A stretch of 64,000 nt of DNA from assembly GCA_051530055.1 (NCBI GenBank), contig CM121341.1, positions 15,726,784-15,790,783 on the forward strand, written 5' to 3'. This stretch comes from Neoechinorhynchus agilis. Its lineage: Eukaryota; Animalia; Acanthocephala. Position 1 is the first letter of the stretch. Every line of letters begins with the position of its first letter. The notes under the pieces were generated by a model. That model searched no databases and was not told the origin of the DNA. It saw nothing but the letters and a program-made list of their open reading frames with translations. Below, piece after piece: positions 38,874-49,495 of this stretch. A program made the position numbers and the translations under genes.

Positions 38874-40749
38874 TCACCTCAAAGTTTTCATGTCGACGAC
38901 ATAGGTGTTCGTATCTGATCCGTCGATCAAGCCGCTCATTGCGTCTTTAATCTGCTTATGAGAAATGGTTTTGAACGGAAATCTGATGAAGTGCTTGTTT
39001 AAGTACTCAAATACTCTACTTGTAAGTGCGGATGAAGATACGCTCGGTACCATAAGGGTTCGCTGTCCTTTGTTTAGATTCCATAGATCAATATTGATTT
39101 CCGCTTTACTTCTGCTAGTTATGATCTTCGCGTATGTGCCGTTCAATTTTAGCAACTCAAAATATTTAGATGGTACATGTTCATTCGTAGGACATGGATC
39201 GATCACTATATCGAACGAATTAGGAGTAAGGTCGTCCAATTTTACAAATTTTATTTTCGCATTATCCTCAGATACTATCTCCGAAAGTAGCATCTTTTTC
39301 GTCTTAAAAATGGCGACCGTTTAAAGAAACGATCGCTCAAACGGCCGCCAAAGGTATTTGAGATTATAAATATTGAAATCGGCAGCTTGCTTAAAAATAC
39401 GGCTAATACACGCACGAGTTCAAATGGATCGGCACCAATCAGTGCAATTTTCTGGTTTTGTTTACTAGATAAACATCTGTCGATTATATTTAGTGCTATT
39501 GCTCCGTTATGAAGTACCGTACTTGCCGCATCTGGTTCAATATTATCCGGAATTATGGTCACGAATGCTTGATTTACGACCATGTGGGTGCTGAACCCAC
39601 CACAAGTTACGGCCCCGTCGTCTTTCTTAAAAAGATAATTGTAACATTGAACCGACCCTTCCTCACAATGACCGTTGAATCCCTGCCGGCAGTTTTCACA
39701 TTGTCCACATGAGTCCACTAGGGGACCGAGGGCAAGTTTTCTCTGTGGTTTAGATCGATAAATTTGGGAAGGGATTTTTGTTTAATCGAATAAGGGCAAT
39801 TTTTAATTGTTTTTATATGGCGGAAAAATTAATAGAATTTATTGATTCCGATATTTCAGCACAATATTGTGCCTTTATCAAGGTTTCTTGCACATTTTGA
39901 AATATGTGAGCTACAAACAACCTTGATAAATGCACAAGATTGTGCCGAAATATCGGAATCAATAAATTCTTTTAAATTTTCCGCCATATAATAACATGAA
40001 TAGTTCAATCTTCAAACAATTTTTAATTATTTTTTGTGATAAAGTATAGATGGAAAATGGGGCTTAGTGATTGTTTTTGGAGCCGCTTAGAACTACAAAG
40101 GTATAATCGATTTTTTCCTTTAATGGAATTAATGCACTTTTTGACTGTTTTTTATGGTTGAGAGCATTTAAAGGAGAAGCGCTTGGACCGAGTTTAGTTT
40201 TCTAAACCATTTAGATCGAAAAGTAATGGAATGGGACTAACGCGTTTTCTGAACTATTTTTAGTCCCGAAAAACTTTTAGGTGAACCATGACCGAGTACC
40301 AGTTTTATCAGTCCTTTCAGCGGTTTAGATATAGTGGAAGTGATGCATTTTTAGATTCCGAGGATTTGAACGAACCCAATTGAAGATTCCACGTGGAGAA
40401 ATCTTGCTTTATGGCAACATAATCCCCTTGTTGAAGTTCAGTGACCGTTTCACCGACCTGATACACAACCCCAGTTACCTGGTGACCTGGCACTACAGGT
40501 AATTTCATTTCTGACGAGGTACAGTCAACAAACACTTGCTGATCACATTGGCAAATGCAGCAGTATAGAACTTCTACAAGCACATCATCTTTAAGTAGGG
40601 GTCTTCGACGAATGTTGAATTGTTCAATTCGACCATTACGAGACTTTATCCCGCAAGCTTTGACTGTCATACCAGTAGAAGGCCTTATTAGGTACAAATA
40701 AGTGTTAGAAAGAAGGTTGATGCACTTACCCTGCGATCGGTTCGTACAT
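38874..40749 (-). CDS. Zn-dependent medium-chain alcohol dehydrogenase, CAD/YahK-like, with degenerate active site
   Basis: DVLVEVLYC, PVVPGHQVTGVV.QVG, VDSCGQCENCRQG..GHC, T.GGFS..MVV; one GT-AG intron and two non-canonical inserts. Confidence 0.85.
39305..39356 (-). other. TA-bounded hairpin intervening sequence CAD-2 (50 nt removed)
   Basis: TA-CCTT-TGGCGGCCGTTT..AAACGGTCGCCA-TTTT-TA; removal fixes the frameshift, giving IFIISNKTKKMLL. Confidence 0.8.
39728..40411 (-). other. TA...TC-bounded intervening sequence CAD-1 (682 nt removed)
   Basis: TA-AA-GCAAGATTTCTC..GTGG / CCAC..GAGAAAACTTGC-CC-TC; removal gives GDYVAIGPLVDSC. Confidence 0.75.
39814..40019. mobile_element. Inverted pLTR fold-back family F4, nested in the CAD-1 insert
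   Basis: ~70-bp arms; CTTGATAAA-(G)GCACAA..TTGTGCC-GAAA-TATC..AATAAA; tail shared with solo arms. Confidence 0.7.
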
Positions 40750-41217
40750 TCGACTCAAGATACTCTGTAGATCTATCAACACTTTGCTTATAAACCTGAC
40801 AGCAGCCGCATTTTCTCAATATTATGCTGCATCCTCAGAGGGTGCTCATGGATTACCCGGTTGTGCCATACACACAAGAATATCCATCTGACGCTGTGAT
40901 TCGGTGAATAATGACTTTCATGATCTTCCCTTGTTAGGACACCTGATACGCCGGTGCAACTTTCGAATAGTTTCTTAGTTTTAGACAACTTTCCACTTGA
41001 TAAATTCTAACCATGGTCTCTCGTAGACGTTTTAAATCGAAAATCGATTTGACGGCTTAGATCCTATTCATGAACGCATTTGTGTAGACTTAATCAATAA
41101 TAGGCGAAAAATCAGATAAGTGTCATTGAGTGACGGTTATTATCTGCACGATAAACTGTTTTGTGGAGTATTTTCTTTATTACGAAAAACAGATTATTTC
41201 GATCATATTGATTAAAA

Positions 41218-41400
41218 ATAGCGAATTATAATAATTGATTTTTTTTGTTTGATAATTTTCGGCCTTCGCGTAGACTTTAGTCTATTGCTTGCAAGTTGTT
41301 TCAAACAATAGGCTAAAGAAGGTACACGCGAAGGCCGAAAATTATCAAATAAAAATAAATCAATTATTATAATTCGCTATAAAAAGTAAATGATGAACAT
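41218..41400. mobile_element. Family F1 fold-back copy
   Basis: Same arms as 30435; tail AAAAAGTAAATGATGAAC on the right. Confidence 0.75.
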
Positions 41401-42311
41401 CTTTAAAATTGATTAAAAATGTTTTGCCTTTTTTCGAAATATGAACGAAGACAAGGCGAAAAACCCTTCAATATTTTTTAAATTATTTTGAAATATTTTC
41501 ACCAGAAATAATCATTGAAAATTTATTAGAAGTATTATTTAGGTCTTCATCCAGTAAATAATACCTCTAATCATATACCCGGTACCTCACACAGCTACAT
41601 CGAATTTATGAAACGAGGATTTAATTTCTCCACGCAACTATTAGTCGAAAAAATCAAACCGTAGAAATTTAAAGTGAGTGTATTTTGTGGTTGAATAGTA
41701 CACATTATCATTATGTTTACTCAAAGAAGCGACCAAAAGATGTTCCCGATTGTGTGTATGGTATTTCACAATGTGGCGATTAAGTGGGATTCTGATCTGC
41801 TCGATTGTGGCTTGATCAATCTCCACGTGGAACACATTGGATCCATGTGTACGCTTTTAGCAACTTTATATATCGTAAAAACTATTATATTGATTGGAAT
41901 TTAGGGATAACTATCAAAATAGTGAAAGGTAGATGAAAACTCAAGAGTTGCGGTCGAGCTATTTGCAATGTTCAATATCAGAAGCTTAATTTTCATCACT
42001 AAGGGGATGTATAACGCATTGTAGCTATAGTTGATGATTATCTAGCAAGTTCACCTTAATGATAAATTGATTACTGAAAAATGAAACTTCAATTCCCGAC
42101 TTAACGTGATGTAAACGAGTATAAACTTTGTTTGCTTTAAAGTTAGATAATTGATCGCGTCTTCAAATTCTCAGATATATTTGTCGCTTATTTGTTTTGC
42201 ATGAAATTTGGGCCCACGTTTAATTTATCCCTAACATTAGATTCCGTCCTAAATTTCTGCATGCTTTACTCGATGATTATTCTAGTTTGATGAGCACATT
42301 GAACTAATACC

Positions 42312-42537
42312 AAAAATGTCGATATGTGAGGTACCGGGGTATATGATTAGGATTATTGTTTAAGTTATCACCCGGTAAATAATTTTGTATCACAGAGGTT
42401 TCAACCCTCGTCGAGTTCCTCATCACCTTGTTAGTCTTCTATTATTAACTAACAAACTGATGATGAACCCGACGAGGTTCGAAACCTCTGTGATACAAAA
42501 TTATTTTACCGGGTGTAGACCCAAACAATAATCCTAA
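42312..42537. mobile_element. Family F3 fold-back copy (a fragment also lies at ~41530-41607)
   Basis: CTGATGATGAACCCGACGAGGTTCGAAAC at ~42457-42485 and an inverted copy at ~42398-42430. Confidence 0.75.
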
Positions 42538-43349
42538 AACCGAAAAGTTCGAACAGTCAAAGTTTACCAGAAAAAGCCTATAAGTTTGACATAAGGAAAT
42601 ATATTCAGCACATTTGTTTGTTACAACTTCCGGCATTCTCCAGGATTTTATGAAACAGATATTTCAGATCAATTTTTCACCGTTAGTGTTTGAAATCTGT
42701 CAATTTGCAGTCTAATTTAAGATGTTATACTGTTTCCGTTCAAAGAGTCTTGTGAACCGATAATATTTTAATATCTTTATACTGCCCCAAAACCTCATTT
42801 CTGACTGCTTTGGCTAAAATTAAACGCAAAAAAGTTAGTTTCGAATCTCAGTTTATGAACTTCGTGGAAACTTGGCGAGACCGCCTGAATGTCTTTTGTC
42901 AAACCTGAGATTTTCTTAGAATAAACATCGCAGTCGTGCTGCTCAGTTGTAGAATTTTCGTATCGAACCTCTTGCTCGTGCACTTGTTGAGAACGCACGT
43001 ATTCGTCAGCGAATTGATTGTAAGAGACGCGTGCTCTGTGTGCGAAATGTTGGGTTCGGAACATGAAAATCCACCCTTCCACATAAAGTGACCATTTCAA
43101 AAATTTCGGAATGGTTCTGTTAAAAATCACACATAAATCGTGCTACTTTCAAAGACAATGAACTTTTCCAAGGCGGTTTAGTTTCTAATCGTTTTCAGTG
43201 CGCAAAATGAGCGGTTTTGTACAACTACTACACGTCGAAATTTGTATTGAAAGTATTGAGTTTTCTCGCACACACTCATTGGATTCGGGTGTTTCTTCAG
43301 AATAATCTAATTGCTTGTTTATGGCGTAAAAATTCAAGGAAGTTATTAA

Positions 43350-43453
43350 ACCCGATATTCGGGAGGCACAAAAATTGTGTAAAAATATCGGATTTAATAA
43401 ATTCCTTTAATTTTTACGCCACAAACAAGCATGAGTAGTTCAATCTTCAAACA
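43350..43453 (+). mobile_element. Degenerate solo F4 arm plus tail (others at ~43975-44055 and ~52645-52695)
   Basis: AATATCGGA..AATAAATTC..TAATTTT..GCCA...CATGA..AGTTCAATCTTCAAACAA. Confidence 0.6.
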
Positions 43454-44164
43454 ACAATATCACTCCAACAACATTGACGCGATTTTCTCTCTAAAGGGAA
43501 CTCTTTAGTGTTTGTACAACGACCCAACATCCTACTGTGTCCCTAAAGACCTCGACTAAATTCAACCAAGTCTCTTGGCAAAACGATCACACTTGTTTGT
43601 ACATGTCGCTACCTCTTTGGGTCGCTGTGCTTCTACGACTTCAACTCATTTGATAATTCACGGTTCTTGAAAAAAGAACTTAGCTAAAAGGAGCCATCGC
43701 TGTCGTTTTAAATGGAAAACACGCGCTGCATCTCGAAATCCGTGGAATGCATGTGAATTACGAGTATACTACTAGTATTTCGAAGAAATGGACCTTTCGT
43801 CTACGCTTTGGCCGCATTTTCCCTTCTTTTATGAAACAAGAATCTTGTAAAACGGTTCCTAATCGCTAAATCACTCCATATATCTCCTTCCTGAAGAACC
43901 AAAAAATTGTGCAGGATCTTTGATCTACCTTTTACAAAATGGCAGTTCACATTAAGATGCATTTTTTTATTTTGTGTGTCCTCGGAAATATCGGAATGAA
44001 TAAATTCTTTTAATTTTCCACCATATAAAAGCATGAACAATTCAATCTTCAAGCATCTATGGTTTGTGGATAAAAATAAACCTTATTTCATTTTCACGCG
44101 TTAAAAGCATTTAAGAAGTCCTTAGATATTTGCAACTTCAGATTGTTGAGATTATCTTGTGAAA

Positions 44165-45985
44165 ATGGAGAATGATTCGAATTCGTTATGCAGCACCGAA
44201 TCTACCATTTCAGTGTTGCCTATATCCGGATCACAATCGCCATCTCTATTTGCAAGAGGACCTCTGATGCGTGGCCTAACCGATCATCCACCAATCAATC
44301 ACCACGATTCCCACTTGCGGTGGTTCGCTCTAATTCTAATGTGCACCGCGGCACTTGGTTCTTCTTACTGTTTCGATAGTCCTGCTGCTCTGCAGGAGTA
44401 CATGCTCAGAGATTTACACATCTCGTCTACAATATTTACTCTGTTCTACAGCCTGTACAGTTGGCCGAATGTAATGTGAGTTAAGTTTCGTCCCCATAAA
44501 ATGATGAACCACTGATCTAGTCTTTGCTTGTTCGGTGGAATGTTTGTTGATAAATTGGGCCGTCAAATCAGCGTCGTTGCATTTTGTGCAATGATCTTAC
44601 TTGGACAGGTTTAATATGTTCTTTTAAAGTCGATATTAATCTCGAAAAAGATGCTATTCGCGACAGGTGCGTATTTCCGCAGAATATGGCTCATGTTCGC
44701 CGGCAGAGTCATTTTCGGAATGGGTGCTGAATCCCAAGGCACGGCAATGAGTACATATCTAACCCATTTCTTCCTCGATAAAGAACTCAATCTTGCGTTT
44801 GGTGTACAATTGTCTTTTGGTCGTGCAGTAAGTTCACATTTTTTTCACTTCAAATACTATTCTTCTTCTTAGGGTAGCAGCATTAACATGTATGCGACTA
44901 AACCTCTTTATGATCAAGTGAACCGCTGGTTTCCTTACTTGGACAATGGTGCAAAATCACTCGGAATCACGCTTTATTTGAGTAAGTGCTGCTTTTCCTC
45001 TTGCCGCATGTCAAACCCGCCAATAAAAACAGTTGGATTGCTTTGCGCAGTGTCATTGATTGCAGTAATAATCCTTGCTCTCGTCGATTACAAATCCAAT
45101 CGATCTTTAAACAGCGTCCCTGAAGTCCAACAAATGCAATCCCCCTCATTCAGAGAAATGCTGAGTCTACCGCTTGAACTTTGGCTTCTAGCTTTTGTTT
45201 GCCTCTTCTACTATATATCGATTTTTCCTTTCATCTCAGTGGGAATCAAGTTCTTTAGAAATCGATTTAAAGTAAGCAATCGAATGGCGAGTGCTTTAGT
45301 GAGGTACGTTTATTTTAAAAACAATCCTTCATGTCTTCTATCAGCTTTGTAATGTTATTCTCCGCCGTATTGGCTCCTTTCTTGGGCGTCATGAACGACC
45401 GAATCGGACGCAATCTTTGCTTCATAATGTTTTCAATCATTGGAACCTTAATTTCACACTGCTTTCTAGCGTTTACGTTTATATCACCGGTCTTCACAAT
45501 GGTACGTCAAATGTGACTCATTTGCTTTAATCTTAATTATCAGAAATAAGCAGATTTTATTCAGTGTTAGCTACTCAGTAATGACAGCTTTTCTGTGGCC
45601 CCTAATCGTAGTCATTGCCAGTGAAAAGCAAACCGGAACGGCTTTTGGAATGTAAGTCTTTTTTTCAAGCACGAAAACTTATCTTGATCATCGAAAAGGA
45701 CTCTAAGCATACAGAACAGCGGGCTTGCAATCATGAATATGGTGTCCGGATACATTCTCGACAATTATGGATATCTCGATTTACAAATTATCATGATTGC
45801 TAATCTCCTTTGTGAGTCACTTAATTTATATAACTAATTTTCATTTTTTGCATTTAGTCTGTTTCGCATTCAGTCTCGCTTTATATCACGTGGATGAAAC
45901 TCGAGGTATTTTCTTAAATTTGTCATCAAAGCAAAGAAACGAAGTGCGAAGTTTCAGACAAAGCCTTGACCCAAATCTAAGTTAA
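44165..45985 (+). CDS. MFSD1: Lysosomal MFS transporter MFSD1, 9 exons
   Basis: GSSYCFDSPAALQ, FYSLYSWPNV, GRVIFGMGAES, ELNLAFGVQLSFGR, GTAFG..LSIQN.GL; all GT-AG introns. Confidence 0.93.
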
Positions 45986-46061
45986 ACTTTCTCGAAATAA
46001 AAAATGTGTTTAATAGAATACTTTTTTAAAAAACATATCGTTTATTTCACTATTTCGTTTT

Positions 46062-47060
46062 TCATTTCTGTGAACTTCTTGACGTTGCCAGTATACTGGC
46101 AGCGTTCCCTCGCTGTATCGCAATTGCGATTCGTTGAGCGAGAAAATTTCTCGAGCGCGGTTCCCCCGTCATCCTTTTCGTCCTTCGTCCCAAATCGTCG
46201 AGGAGAGGGAGCGCTGATGGTCCCAAGGCTCCATACGTTTCCACGGCAAAACGGACGAAATGGTAATTCCTTAATAGCTCTCTATATTTTGAACGCTTTC
46301 GTTCCTCAGCTACGACCGCTGAACCTCCAGGGCTCTTTTTTGAAAAGGGAAAATTACTAGGGGCAAGCGTGTCCACACAAGTCGCTTCCCATAAAAGCGG
46401 TTTTCCCTTTCTGCTGTCTAGGCGGCATAAATTACTCGGCTCTAGAATATTAGGCATGTGAACGGAATCTAGGGCTCTACTCAAAATTGAGTTCAACTTT
46501 GCGTGTCTTGGAAACCTCCCTCTGGACATTTTACAACAGAGGCCGTGTCTGCCATTAGCGTCAACTATAGAGCGACAGCGATGCGGGATATAAATACCCT
46601 GGCCCAATCTTAAAGAAACTCGACCCTTAACGTAGAATCCTCTAGAAGAGTTACGATTGTCGGGGCGGAGAGCGCATTTAGCCAGGCTCCCCATTCCTAT
46701 GTAGAGCACGCCGCAAGACGAACTTTGGAAGCCTCGTCGAGATCTTTAAAGGATTCGTGAATCTTCTTTATTAGGGGAAGGTCCCAGGCCGACTGCTTGT
46801 GGTCATTTTCCGGAAGGTGCGGGATGTCTGTCCGGGATTTCCAGATCGATAAACCGTCCAAATAATGCTGCGAGTTTTGTCCCATGTTGGAAAGGGCTTC
46901 CGCGTACGTTTTGCTGGCTCGGTAAGAGGTGAGAAACGCTGGAAGGGCTAAATCAGACACTGCGCGGATGCCGAGGCCGCCAAAAGAGGTTGGGAACGCA
47001 GCCTGCCGCCAGCCCGTATCCGTAATGTTTATATTTAAAATTTTCTTTAAAAAAGAGCGT
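46062..47060 (-). mobile_element. CRE-type non-LTR retrotransposon 3' part
   Basis: WRQAAFPTSFGGLG, GRHGLCC, LWEATCVD, AVETYG, QRIAIAIQRGNA. Confidence 0.88.
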
Positions 47061-47621
47061 AAAACCGGCGCGAATTTCAACCGAGCTTATTCCTTTTTCA
47101 ATCAAAAGTTGTGCCAGAATTGCTGCGAATGTTCATGAAAAATGGTCCGTAAATTGTACATTAGTAAATATGAGAAATCAGATTGTAAATTTGGCAAGGT
47201 TTCATGGCACTGATTATCGATCCACCAAAGACAGGAAATTAGACACTGAAGTGCAAAATGCAATTACGTTAAGATCTGAACTAAATTATCAGTTCATTGG
47301 TTTTAATTTCGATCATTGATATGCGTAAAACTTGGGCTGTTTGATGTCATCTCCTCTCAACGTTCTGTTAAAATGCCGAAACAAATGATGAAAAATGTAT
47401 GAAGCTTGAGAATGAACCATAATCTCGTTTTACGACTGCCATTGGAATAAAACGGATTGAATAAAAGCAACTAGAATCCATTAAAATCATCAAGTTTCAA
47501 AACGAAAAGTATAAACGGTTGAATGTATAAGATTGATGACTTATATCCGTTTGATTTTAAACAAGACGATTAATTTTGATAATGAACAATAGCATTCAAT
47601 GTAAAATACTAATCGAACTAT

Positions 47622-47795
47622 TTTTTATAGCGAATTATAATAATTGATGGATTTATTTGATAATTTTCGGCCTTCGCGTAGGCCTTCTTCAATCTAACAT
47701 ACAATAGACTGAAGAAGGCTTACTCGGAGGCCGAAAATTATCAAATAAAAATAAATCAATTATTATAATTCGCTATAAAAAAGTAAGTGATGAAA
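47622..47795. mobile_element. Family F1 fold-back copy
   Basis: CTGAAGAAGGCTTACTCGGAGGCCGAAAATT; arms match the other F1 copies. Confidence 0.75.
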
Positions 47796-47986
47796 ATCTT
47801 TACACTAATTGAACTGTTTTTAAGCTAAAATGAATAAACTCAAAGAACACTGAGCGGCGGTAGAAATGACCACCGTTGTTATGCGTGCTTTACGGATATT
47901 CTAACGATCAATAGATTTTTTGGAAAGACGCCAAATGCGCACATTCCAACAGCCCGTTTAAGTTTCTAATTTAAGAAATTCGAAAT

Positions 47987-48610
47987 CTATTTTCCAACGC
48001 TCACGACGAATCTCGCACAACCGAGAGTCCTGTTTGTTTGTTTGTAAGTGTGATCTTCCTTTTCTTGAACCAAATAGGCCTCGACTTTAAAATCTCCATA
48101 GAGAACAGGAGCCATAGCAATGGATATTTCTTTGAAGAACGTAGGGACGTTATAGTCGCCGATTGGGATTGGACAATGACAAGGGACGTGTGCCTCTTCG
48201 AATCCTGTTGGACACGGCGCCGGTGCTAGTCTGCATATGTCTTTATAGGTACATGATCCGTATTGATTTTCAATGCATGGTATGTAAGGTCCATTTAGCA
48301 ACGATAAAAAAGAAACTATCATTGCCCTCCGAAATTGCTGAATGTTCCATTAGATCGGTAACGCTCCCACTAGTCGATATACCGTTGTCTCTATATTCAT
48401 CTTTCCATTAAGTTCCCGGCTCACATGTACAGTGCCGTTCAAATACACTCCGCCGGGCACTGGAACCGGTATAGGCGATAACTGGACGTTTTCAAAGTGA
48501 ACGGCGGCGTTTTCGTCACCACAATCCGAAATATCAAACGTAGGTTCAGCGAGTACAATCGAAGTGAATATACTGAACGATACAGCAATAAGCTCCAAAT
48601 AAATCATCAC
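47987..48610 (-). CDS. GM2A: GM2 ganglioside activator / ML-domain lipid-binding protein
   Basis: Signal peptide, SDCG, LSPIPVPVPG, IPC....GSCTY.DIC, PCHCPI..GDY, YGDFKV, LGCA. Confidence 0.85.
48285..48352 (-). other. TA-bounded hairpin intervening sequence in GM2A (66 nt removed)
   Basis: CATTCAGCAAT/GTTGCTAAATG stem; in-frame TAA at the boundary; removal gives VGALPIYIPC. Confidence 0.8.
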
Positions 48611-49065
48611 ACCGGAAAATCTCTCTAAAGTAGTAAGACTGCTAAATGCAAATATATAATGTTTTCTAAAGCGTTAGACGGGTGTTGGTGAGTCAAAATG
48701 TGAGGATAACGCAACCATCTCCGCACGATTCTCACGCGTGGATTCACGATTTGGAAAACGTGAGTTGTATATAGCACGTCGATGTTTGCGCGAAGATTTG
48801 GGTTTTTCCAGCGAAAAATGTCAATGAAAAGGGTTATCCTCGTCGATGTAACCGTTCATTCGGATAAGGATCTCACAGTTGCGATCAAGTTCATTATTGG
48901 AACAAGACTGACTTTTAAGCGCTTTGTTACTGACTCAATAGCGCGGGAAATTCTAAGTTCGAAGAATGGCCACTATCCGATATGAGATTTTAGGAGGAGG
49001 AGGAGAAAATAGTGGAAAATCATCACGAGAAAATCCTTCGCGATAATAGAGTTTAAAATGTGGTT

Positions 49066-49223
49066 ATCACAATCATCCGGATAAAAACAAATTTTATTGA
49101 GATATTTCAAAAGGAGGAAGCTTCATCAGTCATTGTTTGTAAATAGTAAAAATTTACAATGACTGGTAAGGCTTTCCTTTCGAAATATCTAAATAAAATT
49201 TGTTTCATCCGGGGGGATTATGA
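49066..49223. mobile_element. Inverted pLTR fold-back family F5
   Basis: Arms with CTGATGA-AG...GAAA-TATC-TCAATAAA on the minus strand and a degenerate copy on the plus strand. Confidence 0.6.
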
Positions 49224-49495
49224 GCGTAAGTCTTTAAAGTGCCGTTTCGATGTTGTTCATTTGCTCCAAAAAACAAGAATTTAAGGGAAATGCGCAATTT
49301 CACTGCGAATCGCCTTTTTGAAATCCGAAAATTTGGAACAAGAATGAAGGGATCGATGCCCTTATTTCAAAGAAGAGAGACTGCTGGTTGTGTCATCTCG
49401 TTTAAAGGCATGAATTTTTACTTTTGTCATCAGAAACCGGTTATGTTACTTCAGTACGTGGTTCAGACATTGTTTATTCAGGCGAAAATAGTTAG

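Noticed and set aside
42795-43880. Short minus-strand ORFs that might form a gene
   Set aside because: No consistent exon chain or recognisable motif could be assembled.
30435-47795. F1/F2/F4 hairpins as pre-miRNAs or classical MITEs
   Set aside because: They are multi-copy, have hammerhead-like cores, polyA signals, one-sided tails and solo arms, which fits Penelope pLTRs better.
48982-49287. Possible TA-bounded insert in the 5' part of the kinase gene
   Set aside because: In-phase TAs exist but the terminal pairing is weak, a GT-AG alternative fits, and no homologue is available to decide.
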